DNA of 64,000 nucleotides from an uncultured Methanoregula sp. (GTDB lineage: Archaea > Halobacteriota > Methanomicrobia > Methanomicrobiales > Methanospirillaceae): the NCBI GenBank assembly GCA_964590895.1, contig CAZPYV010000001.1, forward strand, positions 262,164 to 326,163, written 5' to 3'. The position numbers and the translations under genes are program-made. This document shows, piece after piece, positions 45,435-54,276 of this stretch (positions within the stretch are counted from its first letter, which is position 1; every line of letters starts with the position of its first letter). A model generated the notes under the pieces. The model was not told the origin of the DNA. It did no database searches and worked only from the letters and a program-made list of their open reading frames with translations.

Positions 45435-45757
45435 AGGTATCAGGTCCTGTATGTGTGTGATTTTCCCCGTTTGCGATGGTGGCGGGTTTATAAAATCCCA
45501 TTTCTCCTGTGATAATAAAAACATTGTTTTTTAATATTTGGGGAGAAACAATCCTGAAATTTATTATTTTTTAAGGTTGATTGCGAAATTCTGTAATGGG
45601 AATGAATTCTTAAAAAATCGTATTTACGACAAAGGAATCGAAAAAAATCCGCACCTTTTCCGATATTTTTAAAAAATCCTCGCTAAACGGATATAGGAAT
45701 TGTTGACCTGCTGAGGAAGAAGCCTAAAAAAAAATAAAAACCGGACAAAATCCGTAA

Positions 45758-45931
45758 TTATTCCATGTGAATTGCTTCTGACGGGCAGACATCAACACAG
45801 GTCTGGCAGTCTACGCACTGGTCCTTATCCACTTTTGCCTTGTCATCCTCCATGGCAATGGCCGATGCAGGGCATTCACTCACACAGGTTTCACATCCGG
45901 TACATTTCGTATTGTCAACGATTGCTACCAA
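45758..45931 (-). CDS. 2x[4Fe-4S] ferredoxin (57 aa, below the ORF-track cutoff)
   Basis: Manual translation of the minus strand gives (M)VAIVDNTKCTGCETCVSECPASAIAMEDDKAKVDKDQCVDCQTCVDVCPSEAIHME, which has two CxxCxxCxxxCP motifs. The start is a TTG at 45931 with GGAG 8 nt upstream. This replaces the implausible plus-strand ORF 45772..45975. Confidence 0.7.
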   Translation of the reverse strand: MVAIVDNTKCTGCETCVSECPASAIAMEDDKAKVDKDQCVDCQTCVDVCPSEAIHME

Positions 45932-46016
45932 CTAGTTCACTCCATCGTATATGTTTTACAAAAGACAAAAAATAGGTTTCGATATTACCACCGGTTTATC
46001 CTGGCAAAAAAAGTGA

Positions 46017-46781
46017 TTATTTTTTAAGATTGAGCACATCACTCATGCCGTAGATACCGGGTTTTTTACCCACAACCCACCTAGCTGCATGGAGAGCTCC
46101 GCTGGCAAACACAGAACGATCGGACGCATGGTGCGAGAGTTCAATTGTCTCAAAATTCTTTGAGAACATGACCTTGTGATCGCCAACAATATCGCCACCG
46201 CGGACTACATGGACACCGATCTCATTTTTACGTTCCGTCATCCCCTCGCGCCCATACTGCTTCTGGCGGGGACCTGCCTCTTCTTCAAGAATCTGCAGGA
46301 TGGTCTTTGCAGTCCCGCTCGGTGCATCCTTCTTATTCCTGTGGTGCGCTTCGAATACCTCAATATCATAATCTTTTAACAGCTTTCCGGATTCTCTGAC
46401 GAGTTGCCAGAAGATATTTACACCGACTGAGAAGTTGCTTGATATCACTGCAGGCACGTTGTTATGGATTGCTTTTTCCATCACTGCGCGCTGCTCTGTA
46501 GTGAAACCCGTAGTGCCGACAACCAGCGCTACATTGTTGCGCGCAGCCATCTTTACGTTCTCGACAGCGGCTGCAGCTATCGTAAAATCGATCAGCACAT
46601 CAGCCTGTGTCGTCTTGATGAACGATTCTGCATTCTTCGTTTCCACAATTTCAGCGCCAAAGAATGAACTGGATTTGAGGTTTATGCCACCTACCAGTTC
46701 CAGATCAGAAGACTCATTGACCATCCTGCCAATGGTCTGCCCCATCCGTCCTGAGGCCCCGCATACCACGACTTTGATCAT
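46017..46781 (-). CDS. dapB: 4-hydroxy-tetrahydrodipicolinate reductase
   Basis: The signatures are MIKVVVCGASGRMG and EAHHRNKKDAPSGTA. Confidence 0.92.
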   Translation of the reverse strand: MIKVVVCGASGRMGQTIGRMVNESSDLELVGGINLKSSSFFGAEIVETKNAESFIKTTQADVLIDFTIAAAAVENVKMAARNNVALVVGTTGFTTEQRAVMEKAIHNNVPAVISSNFSVGVNIFWQLVRESGKLLKDYDIEVFEAHHRNKKDAPSGTAKTILQILEEEAGPRQKQYGREGMTERKNEIGVHVVRGGDIVGDHKVMFSKNFETIELSHHASDRSVFASGALHAARWVVGKKPGIYGMSDVLNLKK

Positions 46782-46789
46782 GGTTCAGC

Positions 46790-47755
46790 TCACCTCATCC
46801 GTTTCGATGCTGCAGATTTTTTTGTTCCGTTTTTTGTTACTGGTTTCTTTGCCGATACCGCACGTTTAGCACTGGTTTTTGCCGGTATTGTGGCCAGCAC
46901 TTTTTTGAGTTGTTCTGTCTTTTTTGTATCCAGATCATCGAGCGGAAGTCGCACGGGTCCACCCGCCATACCCAAAAGTTCCACAGCCTTTTTCACCGGA
47001 ATGGGATTGGTATCAATGAACATCGAGCGGAACAGTGGGGACAGGGCAAAATGCAGCACCAGTGCTTTCTGGTAATCGCCCTGTTTCATGGCCTCATACA
47101 TGGCAACCATACGGCTGGGATCCACATTTGCTGCAACCGATATGACACCAGCACCACCCAGTGCCATGATGGGGAGCGTGATGTTGTCATCACCGGAGAT
47201 GACAGCAAATTCATCGTCTTGCGTATCTTCAATGATTCTTGATATCTGGCTGATATTACCACTGGCTTCCTTAATTGCTACGATATTTGGATGTTGGGCC
47301 AGCTCGGCTACCAGATCGGGTTCAAGATTCTGGCCGGTTCTTCCCGGAACATTATACATAATGACCGGGATGTCGAGATCCGCCAGTTTTGTGTAATGCT
47401 TGATGAGCCCTGAACGGTTCGGCTTGTTGTAGTACGGACTGATGACGAGCACCCCATCCGCACCGATGTCCTTAGCTGCCTTTGTTAACCGTACCGCTTC
47501 TGCTGTGTTGTTGGACCCGGTGCCGGCAATAACGGGAATCCGGCCCTTGACTTTCTCGACAGTTATCTGGACAACCTTCTCATGCTCTTCAAACGTGAGT
47601 GTTGCTGATTCACCAGTCGATCCACACGGAACAATCCCGTGGATACCACAGGACATGAGAAATTCTATGTTGCGTTCCAGACCCTGAATATCAAGGCCCA
47701 TCGCAGAGTTCCGTTTAAAAGGAGTTATGATAGCTGGAAGGACACCTTCAAACAT
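46790..47755 (-). CDS. dapA: 4-hydroxy-tetrahydrodipicolinate synthase with a basic C-terminal extension of about 31 aa
   Basis: The signatures are GIVPCGSTGE, GTGSN, YNVPGRTG and IVAIKEASG (catalytic Lys). The extra tail is PAKTSAKRAVSAKKPVTKNGTKKSAASKRMR. Confidence 0.92.
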   Translation of the reverse strand: MFEGVLPAIITPFKRNSAMGLDIQGLERNIEFLMSCGIHGIVPCGSTGESATLTFEEHEKVVQITVEKVKGRIPVIAGTGSNNTAEAVRLTKAAKDIGADGVLVISPYYNKPNRSGLIKHYTKLADLDIPVIMYNVPGRTGQNLEPDLVAELAQHPNIVAIKEASGNISQISRIIEDTQDDEFAVISGDDNITLPIMALGGAGVISVAANVDPSRMVAMYEAMKQGDYQKALVLHFALSPLFRSMFIDTNPIPVKKAVELLGMAGGPVRLPLDDLDTKKTEQLKKVLATIPAKTSAKRAVSAKKPVTKNGTKKSAASKRMR

Positions 47756-47763
47756 GAATTAGA

Positions 47764-47955
47764 TTATGAACGTCTCTTGGTATTTATTTTTCTTGTGATG
47801 TAGCCGGCGACGCGGTTCCGGACACGTTTGCTTGAGATGATTGCTGAAGCGCCCAACTGCTGCTTGTTCTCATCGAAGTTGGGGGAAAAATAATCCCGCT
47901 GCTTTGCCAGTAGTGCGTTACCAAGATTTTTTATGTATGACGGCTTGATTCCCAT
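47764..47955 (-). CDS. rps17e: 30S ribosomal protein S17e
   Basis: The 63-aa protein begins MGIKPSYIKN.....L and contains NKQ.......SKRVRNRVAGYITR. Confidence 0.9.
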   Translation of the reverse strand: MGIKPSYIKNLGNALLAKQRDYFSPNFDENKQQLGASAIISSKRVRNRVAGYITRKINTKRRS

Positions 47956-47980
47956 GAATGATTCCTCAAATTTCTATATG

Positions 47981-48523
47981 TTAAATGCGGTTTGAACAGA
48001 TAATAATATTGTTTGTAACGACGACCGGATCCTCGCCAAAAATATACATAATTCCTGTTTTTTTATTCCCGCCGGAATCATAAATTATATCCGGTACACC
48101 GTCGTTGCAACAAGAAGCGACACCAAAGTCCATGGTGCTGATACCCGTGGCTTTCCGGGTGCAGTCAATGGGTAAACATTCAAGGAGCATTCCTTTAAAC
48201 ATGGCAAGAGCATTTTCTGAAAAACGAATGGTTGCCACACTCCGCATGAGCGGATCGAACTTCATCGCAGTGAGTACTATCCGCGCGCACGGTTCATCAG
48301 CACCAAACGCGCACGGCCTTCTGGCAGTTACCTTTCCGTCACGGTGTACGATTCCTCCAGGAACTGCTGCAACACCATCACGATCCCGTGCTCCTTTTAT
48401 AGCGTACACAAGAGATGCGCCACTTTCGGGGATGAGCAGAGGATTCATCGATGCTTCCAGCTGAGTAACTGCCAGATCAAGCCGGTAGAGTACCTCGTTT
48501 CGTTCCTGTGCCGGATCCTTCAT
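47981..48523 (-). CDS. ThiN-like (thiamine-phosphate synthase family, COG1992-like) protein
   Basis: The pattern ESGASLVYAI..A....GVAAVPGGI......V......FGAD.P.ARIVL resembles ThiN domains as I recall them. I used the ATG at 48523 because the track start at 48532 is GTG. Confidence 0.45.
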   Translation of the reverse strand: MKDPAQERNEVLYRLDLAVTQLEASMNPLLIPESGASLVYAIKGARDRDGVAAVPGGIVHRDGKVTARRPCAFGADEPCARIVLTAMKFDPLMRSVATIRFSENALAMFKGMLLECLPIDCTRKATGISTMDFGVASCCNDGVPDIIYDSGGNKKTGIMYIFGEDPVVVTNNIIICSNRI

Positions 48524-48634
48524 GAGTACCACAATGGACGTAACTTCACATAATGATGTCTTGTCACCGCGCAGAAATTCCGTTGAAGGGAGTATCGGAT
48601 AAGCCTATATTCTTCTGCAACGAAAAATTTACCA

Positions 48635-48811
48635 ATGGATGCCCGACTTCTTGATGTGATCATCGGCGTGATCGCATTTTTAATCCTGATTGCACTGCTC
48701 GCCATATTACCTATGGTTATTACAGCCGGTATCGCCTACCTTGCAGCAATAATTGTATTCATCCTCTTCCTTTCTGGAGCGGGATACCTCGTAAACGAAA
48801 AAATAGCATAA
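48635..48811 (+). CDS. small hypothetical membrane protein (58 aa, below the ORF-track cutoff)
   Basis: Manual translation gives MDARLLDVIIGVIAFLILIALLAILPMVITAGIAYLAAIIVFILFLSGAGYLVNEKIA, which has two hydrophobic helices. Confidence 0.35.
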   Translation: MDARLLDVIIGVIAFLILIALLAILPMVITAGIAYLAAIIVFILFLSGAGYLVNEKIA

Positions 48812-48849
48812 TAGGTAATCTTATTATCATTTTGTATGGGTGTATTTTA

Positions 48850-49050
48850 AACGAGAAGATCGCATTATAAAGGCCGATTCAGCGTTTTCAGTTGGGAAGA
48901 GGATTGACAAATTTTGCTTACATGCAGTCACGTGAAATGCCTTGCCCAGGTGCGACCCGACGAGGCGTCGCACCGACCCCCATCATGAGGGGGGTTCCCC
49001 ATAATACATGGGTTTTTGGGACAGCAACCCTCAATCAGGATGGTAAATTT
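48850..49050 (-). repeat. copy B of the roughly 160-200 nt conserved element, inverted relative to copy A
   Basis: The reverse complement of 48878-49035 aligns with 43298-43456. The central perfect hairpin is GGTGCGAC-n10-GTCGCACC at 48949-48974. The element lies about 60-75 nt downstream of the stop of the minus-strand priL gene, which is the same relative placement as copy A. Confidence 0.5.
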
Positions 49051-49107
49051 CTACTGATTTTACCCCATTATATCACTCAAACACTGAAAAAAAGCATAAT
49101 GCATTTT

Positions 49108-50163
49108 TTATGTTTTTTCATTAGGCCTTTTTTTTAAGTCTCTCTTTTTTGCCCGGTAATAACTGAGCGGATGGTTGACCCTCTCGCACAGATCATCTGA
49201 GTGAATACAAAGGCCGGTGGTGCGCATGGCAGCACATGCAGGAGCGGTGTATTCCGTTCCGGATCCTCCTCTGCCGGTGATATGTTCAACCTGGTACATT
49301 GTTTTTTCCAGGTCAAAATCCGGAGAACGGGCATAGAGCTGGCAAATTCCATTGACATCCATGCCAATCGTATGAAGAAAAGTGGTAAGGGTAAACCGAC
49401 CTGCATGCGTAAGGTTTATCCCGGCAGTTAATGCAGAGATGAGTGCTTGCATACAGGGTGGAAACGAGCTCTCTTCAATAGTTCCGAATTGCTCGAGCAT
49501 CTGTTCCTGGTAGACTTTTTTAATGAGGGCAACCCGGGGTCCTAGTTTTTCGCAGACTGAAGAGGGAACCTTATGGGGGAGATCCCGTCGCAGGAGTACA
49601 CGGATACGTTCCCTGATCAACTCATATCGTTCATCTTTTTTAATATCTACAAAACCATGTTCAAGCCGGCGGTTCACCAGATTAAACCTGTCCTGGTGAA
49701 GAGGGGCTACCAGTTCGACATAATCAGCAAGGGGGATCCGATCTTTTGTGATCTGAATTCCCAGCTCGTGCGCAATTGCAATACAAAGTCGCGAGTATTC
49801 GCCATCATTCTGATGGTAATTCTGGTTCCATTCCTCTTCATTTACCAGAGAATAATATGCACGTTCCGATTCGTATCGCGTTAAGCGATCAATAAGCGTT
49901 TTGTCATGAACGCAGGAAACAATGATCCGCGCCAGTGCGTACCCGGCAATTTCAACCTCTGCAGATCCGGTAATCTCGGGTGCGAATGATTTTTTTACCG
50001 TGATAGCATTCTTGATGCGTTCGAGTGCACGATCAATGAGCAGTTCGCCCTTTTTATCGTTGAACAAGGAATCCAGTGAAGAAAAGCGGCCCTTGATATG
50101 ATCCTGGGCTTTTTTTAAAAAGGGGAAATGGGAAAGTTCCTTTGCAGATGGGGAAAAATCCAT
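49108..50163 (-). CDS. priL: DNA primase large subunit PriL
   Basis: The Fe-S domain Cys pattern is present (FPPCMQAL..., TAPACAAMRTTGLCIHSDDLCERV). The ATG at 50163 overlaps the PCNA stop (TGATG). Confidence 0.9.
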   Translation of the reverse strand: MDFSPSAKELSHFPFLKKAQDHIKGRFSSLDSLFNDKKGELLIDRALERIKNAITVKKSFAPEITGSAEVEIAGYALARIIVSCVHDKTLIDRLTRYESERAYYSLVNEEEWNQNYHQNDGEYSRLCIAIAHELGIQITKDRIPLADYVELVAPLHQDRFNLVNRRLEHGFVDIKKDERYELIRERIRVLLRRDLPHKVPSSVCEKLGPRVALIKKVYQEQMLEQFGTIEESSFPPCMQALISALTAGINLTHAGRFTLTTFLHTIGMDVNGICQLYARSPDFDLEKTMYQVEHITGRGGSGTEYTAPACAAMRTTGLCIHSDDLCERVNHPLSYYRAKKRDLKKRPNEKT

Positions 50164-50906
50164 CAATCAGCCTCGATCCGGGGTGCGAGGAGATATTCAA
50201 CATGACCGTTACCACCGGCAATGTCAAATGAGAACCTGACGGGGTGATCGATACCTAAGAATATCTCAACCTCTGTAGCTTTTGCCATGACTTTTCCCAT
50301 GTCTTTTAAGTAATCAAGAGAGAAGAGTGAGCGGGCCTCCACAGGGGTGAGCGATTTGAGCTCGTCTTTTGAGAACTCGCGCCTTATATTATCCGTATCT
50401 CCTTCTGCTACAAGGAAAAAAGTCTGGTCTTTTGGATTGATCCCAAGAGCTATCTTATCCGAAATTACCGCTGCCGCCTTCATGGCGTTGTTAAAGTCTT
50501 CTCCGGCAATAACAATTTTTCCTGGGAGATTGATTGTGGGAGGACTGGGATCTTTTCGTATGGTGTTCGTATCAAGGAGAGTAATGGAATAATGGTACCC
50601 ATGAACCGATACCGACATCTTCTGGGCATTGTCGGCGAGTTCGATGCTGATCAAATCGCCCTTTCCTGCCATGCCAAAGATGTTCTTCATCTTGGATATG
50701 TCAATGCCCAACTGACTGTTAGTTGCACTGAACGAATCAAATGCTTCTTTCTTGAGCGTAAGTCCGATCATGGCAACATTCGCGGTATCAACAGCCCGCG
50801 TGGATATGCCATTTTCGTCCGTATGCAGCCGGCACTCCGTAATGAGGGCCGAGATCGCATCGATAAATTCCCTGAAAATATCTGCATCAATCGTAGCTTT
50901 TAACAT
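50163..50906 (-). CDS. pcn: DNA polymerase sliding clamp (PCNA)
   Basis: The 247-aa protein begins MLKATIDADIFREFIDAISALITECRL, the typical archaeal PCNA N-terminus, and has the expected two-domain length. Confidence 0.92.
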   Translation of the reverse strand: MLKATIDADIFREFIDAISALITECRLHTDENGISTRAVDTANVAMIGLTLKKEAFDSFSATNSQLGIDISKMKNIFGMAGKGDLISIELADNAQKMSVSVHGYHYSITLLDTNTIRKDPSPPTINLPGKIVIAGEDFNNAMKAAAVISDKIALGINPKDQTFFLVAEGDTDNIRREFSKDELKSLTPVEARSLFSLDYLKDMGKVMAKATEVEIFLGIDHPVRFSFDIAGGNGHVEYLLAPRIEAD

Positions 50907-51006
50907 TACTTACCCCTTAACAAATTGTATTATACAGTATATCATCATACTTTAATAATAGCGTTTTGGGTTTAACCCGGAACAATTCAGGGGAACGATT
51001 AAGACA

Positions 51007-51588
51007 ATGGGTTCACAATGGGGACAGGATAAAACATATTTTCGGGCAAAACATGAAGGCTACCGTTCGCGGGCAGCCTATAAACTCATGGAAATCCAGA
51101 AAAAATTTGCGGTTATCAGGCCGGATGATAACATTGTTGACTTAGGTGCAGCACCGGGAAGCTGGCTCCAGATTGAGCGAACACTCACCGATGCCCGTAT
51201 AATCGGTATTGATCTCAACCCGATTGCCGAACTCGATGGCATAGAAACCATCGAAGGTGACATCAATGATCCCGCAGTTGTAGAACAGGTCAAATCGAGC
51301 CTGGGGGTTGTCAATATTGTACTCTGCGATGCTGCACCAAAACTCTCTGGTCATAAAAGTTATGATCAGGCCCGTATTATTGAACTGAACGAACAGGCAC
51401 TTGCATTTGCCTGCAAAGTCTTAAAACCGGGAGGTAATTTTGTGGTAAAATCATTCCAGGGAACGGACTTTCCTGAACTCTATGAAGATTGCAAGAAGAA
51501 CTTCTATTCAGTGAAAACCTGTATGACAAAATCCACCCGGAAAGGAAGCACCGAGCTCTACATAGTTGCAAAGAACTTCATAGGCTGA
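51007..51588 (+). CDS. rlmE: 23S rRNA (uridine-2'-O)-methyltransferase RlmE/FtsJ
   Basis: The signatures are YRSRAAYKL.EI, VVDLGAAPGSWLQ and VLCDAAPKLSG. Confidence 0.9.
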   Translation: MGSQWGQDKTYFRAKHEGYRSRAAYKLMEIQKKFAVIRPDDNIVDLGAAPGSWLQIERTLTDARIIGIDLNPIAELDGIETIEGDINDPAVVEQVKSSLGVVNIVLCDAAPKLSGHKSYDQARIIELNEQALAFACKVLKPGGNFVVKSFQGTDFPELYEDCKKNFYSVKTCMTKSTRKGSTELYIVAKNFIG

Positions 51589-51597
51589 ACTTTTTTT

Positions 51598-52476
51598 ATG
51601 ATTCTCAAAGATCCCTACAATCGCCCGGTCAGCAATCTGCGGATTAGTCTTACGCCTAAATGTAATTTATCCTGCATATACTGTCACCGTGAAGGTGAAA
51701 AAGCACCCAAAGAACCGCTGTCAGCTGGCGAAATTGCTGAAATTTTACGAGTGGCAGCACACTTTGGTATCCGCAGCGTAAAGTTTACCGGTGGCGAACC
51801 CATGCTTCGTACAGATCTTCTGGAGATTATTAAGTCCGTACCTGCCGGAATGGAATCATCCATCACCACCAACGGCACTCTTCTTGCCGGGCTTGCTGCT
51901 GATCTCAAGCAAAACGGATTACGGCGGGTGAATGTCAGTATCGACAGCCTGAACCACGAAACCTACAAAAAAATCACCGGCACGGATAAGCTCGATGCAG
52001 TGCTTAAAGGCATTACCGCAGCAATTAAAACCGGTCTCACGCCGGTCAAGCTGAACATGGTTGTCCTTGCCGGAATAAACGATCACGAGATTGATGACTT
52101 CCTTGCGTTTGTCAGGGGCAACAGGAACCTTGTGCTCCAGCTCATCGAGCTGATGCACTTCAATGAATGCACCAATCACGGGAATCTCAATATTGTAGAA
52201 GATGAACTTGCCGCCCGTTCAAAACAGATTATTACCCGGAGGATGCATCACCGGAAAAAATACTGCCTTGACGGAGCAGAAGTAGAAGTTGTCCGTCCAT
52301 TACATAACACCGAGTTCTGTGCGTTTTGCAACCGGCTCAGGGTGACATCGGATGGAAAACTCAAACCCTGCCTCCTGCGCACGGATAATCACATAGACAT
52401 ACGGGGAAAGAGCGGGACTGAACTTAAAGAACTCTTCAAAAAGGCAGTTTCGTTGCGCGAACCCTTTTATAAATAA
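51598..52476 (+). CDS. moaA: GTP 3',8-cyclase MoaA (radical SAM)
   Basis: The radical SAM motif is NLRISLTPKCNLSCIYCH. The FTGGEP motif is present, as is the C-terminal Cys cluster CAFCNRLRVTSDGKLKPCL. Confidence 0.9.
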   Translation: MILKDPYNRPVSNLRISLTPKCNLSCIYCHREGEKAPKEPLSAGEIAEILRVAAHFGIRSVKFTGGEPMLRTDLLEIIKSVPAGMESSITTNGTLLAGLAADLKQNGLRRVNVSIDSLNHETYKKITGTDKLDAVLKGITAAIKTGLTPVKLNMVVLAGINDHEIDDFLAFVRGNRNLVLQLIELMHFNECTNHGNLNIVEDELAARSKQIITRRMHHRKKYCLDGAEVEVVRPLHNTEFCAFCNRLRVTSDGKLKPCLLRTDNHIDIRGKSGTELKELFKKAVSLREPFYK

Positions 52477-52565
52477 GGATCATTTTTTATTTCTTGTTAC
52501 AGTAAAAATGGGCCTCATCAAGGTTTACGGGAATATATTTACAATGCCATAACGAACCGGATGCT

Positions 52566-53069
52566 ATGTTGGATGATAATGAATACCCGGCTGTTCTCAA
52601 CCACCTGTATGAGAAATCGCTCATGCTCCACGATACCGGAAGTTTCAACAAAACCTTGTATTTTTTCTTTATCGACGCATTAGCCCATATTGACTATACG
52701 GCAAGTATCTATGCCTATCATTACGAATCGCCGAAAAATATTATGGGGGGGGAATATCTCCGCTGGCGCGTGGATGAAGAAAAGAAAGGGGAACGTGCGA
52801 AATTTAAGGGATTTATTAACTGGCTCCGTGTGAGCCACCCGCAGAAATTTGCCACCCTGCCCTCGTTGTGGCAGATGATCTATGATACAGAAGACCCCGC
52901 CAGTTATCGGAGTTTCCGGATCGTGCCGGATCCTGACAGTAAATCCCCACTCCCTCCAAATTTCTTCTATGCAGTCATTGACGAATTTTTTGACCAGGAT
53001 TTCTTAAAGAGCCTGTATAGCGATGCTTCGCTATCAAAATTATTTATAACGTATTCAGCGAGCCATTGA
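52566..53069 (+). CDS. hypothetical protein (167 aa)
   Basis: ATG-initiated ORF in a clean intergenic slot; no domain recognised. Confidence 0.45.
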   Translation: MLDDNEYPAVLNHLYEKSLMLHDTGSFNKTLYFFFIDALAHIDYTASIYAYHYESPKNIMGGEYLRWRVDEEKKGERAKFKGFINWLRVSHPQKFATLPSLWQMIYDTEDPASYRSFRIVPDPDSKSPLPPNFFYAVIDEFFDQDFLKSLYSDASLSKLFITYSASH

Positions 53070-53084
53070 TCCTTTAGGTGCCCT

Positions 53085-54269
53085 ATGAGAGATGTCAGCC
53101 GAATCTGTGCCGATCTGGTCAAAATCCGTAGTGAAAATCCACCCGGACGAACAGATGAGGTTATTGAATATATCCGGTCATTTCTCACAGGTATTGGCAT
53201 CAGTTCCATAGTCTCTGGAAATGCACAGGGGATGTGCAATCTTGTCACAACAGGCAAGAGTGAATTAAGACCCCTCCTCTTCTGTGGCCATGTGGATGTG
53301 GTACCTGCTCTGGATGCAGGGTGGACCAGACCCCCGTTCTCTGGAATCATTGAGGATGGATTTGTGCACGGGCGCGGGGCGACCGACATGAAAGGGGGCT
53401 GTGCATCCATTCTGTCTGCCTCTGAGACGTTTATGAACCGTAATCAGGTGATACCGGCAATACTTGCCTTTGTCTGCGATGAAGAGACCGGGGGTGTACA
53501 TGGAATCCAGCGCCTTCTTTCTGATGGTGCGCTCAAACCCTGTGACTGCATCATTGCTGAGCCAACACCTTCACTGCATCCCTGCATAGGTCAAAAAGGG
53601 CTCTGCCGCCTCGAGATGACATTCACCGGCACACCCGCTCATGGCTCACTGTACCCTGCCGTGGGAGTAAGCGCAATCATGGAGGCCATGTCCCTGCTCG
53701 ATCATATCAGGGATCTGAATAAAAAAGAGTATCCCGTTGATCCCCCGCTCAAGGAGATCATTGCACAATCATCTGCAGTGCTCGGTCAAGAGTTCAGAAT
53801 CGAAGGCGTGAGCGAGGTGCTAAAAAAACTCACGTTCAACCCGGGTGTCATCAAAGGCGGTGAAAAATCCAATGTGGTGGCACAGCGCTGTGATCTTGAA
53901 CTTGAACTCAGGGTACCATGGGGATGCTCCATTCCTGACATCATCTCCTCGATTCAGACTCACGCGATTAACGCAAAGATCGTATCACAGGTAACCCATG
54001 AGCCCTCGATCACCGATCCGAAGTCACCGCTGGTTGCCAAAACCTGTGATGCGGTAAAAAACGTATATGGAAAAGATGTATTTCCCATCGTCCAGTGGGC
54101 GGCAAGCGATGCCCGCTATCTACGGTCTGCCGGTTTTAAGGTAGTTGAGTACGGTCCCGGTGAGATCCCGACACTCCATGCCGTAAATGAGCGGACAGCT
54201 ATTGAATCACTCGAAAAGGCGTCCCTGGTGTATCAGGACATCATGGAAAAATATTCAGAATCAGGATAG
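53085..54269 (+). CDS. M20 family metallopeptidase (ArgE/DapE-like deacylase)
   Basis: The family signatures are LLFCGHVDVVP, GRGATDMKGG and DEETGG. Confidence 0.85.
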   Translation: MRDVSRICADLVKIRSENPPGRTDEVIEYIRSFLTGIGISSIVSGNAQGMCNLVTTGKSELRPLLFCGHVDVVPALDAGWTRPPFSGIIEDGFVHGRGATDMKGGCASILSASETFMNRNQVIPAILAFVCDEETGGVHGIQRLLSDGALKPCDCIIAEPTPSLHPCIGQKGLCRLEMTFTGTPAHGSLYPAVGVSAIMEAMSLLDHIRDLNKKEYPVDPPLKEIIAQSSAVLGQEFRIEGVSEVLKKLTFNPGVIKGGEKSNVVAQRCDLELELRVPWGCSIPDIISSIQTHAINAKIVSQVTHEPSITDPKSPLVAKTCDAVKNVYGKDVFPIVQWAASDARYLRSAGFKVVEYGPGEIPTLHAVNERTAIESLEKASLVYQDIMEKYSESG

Positions 54270-54276
54270 GAAAAAA

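Noticed and set aside
45772-45975. 67-aa plus-strand ORF between asd and dapB
   Set aside because: The opposite strand encodes a canonical two-cluster ferredoxin (CxxCxxCxxxCP twice), while the plus-strand peptide is His/Pro/Arg-rich nonsense.
43283-49050. The idea that the inverted 160-200 nt elements are the ends of a composite transposon or an integrated element
   Set aside because: No transposase, integrase or phage gene lies between them. The enclosed genes (alba, asd, dapB, dapA, S17e) are core housekeeping, and the arms are only about 75 % identical. I kept the pair as a repeat or ncRNA candidate instead.
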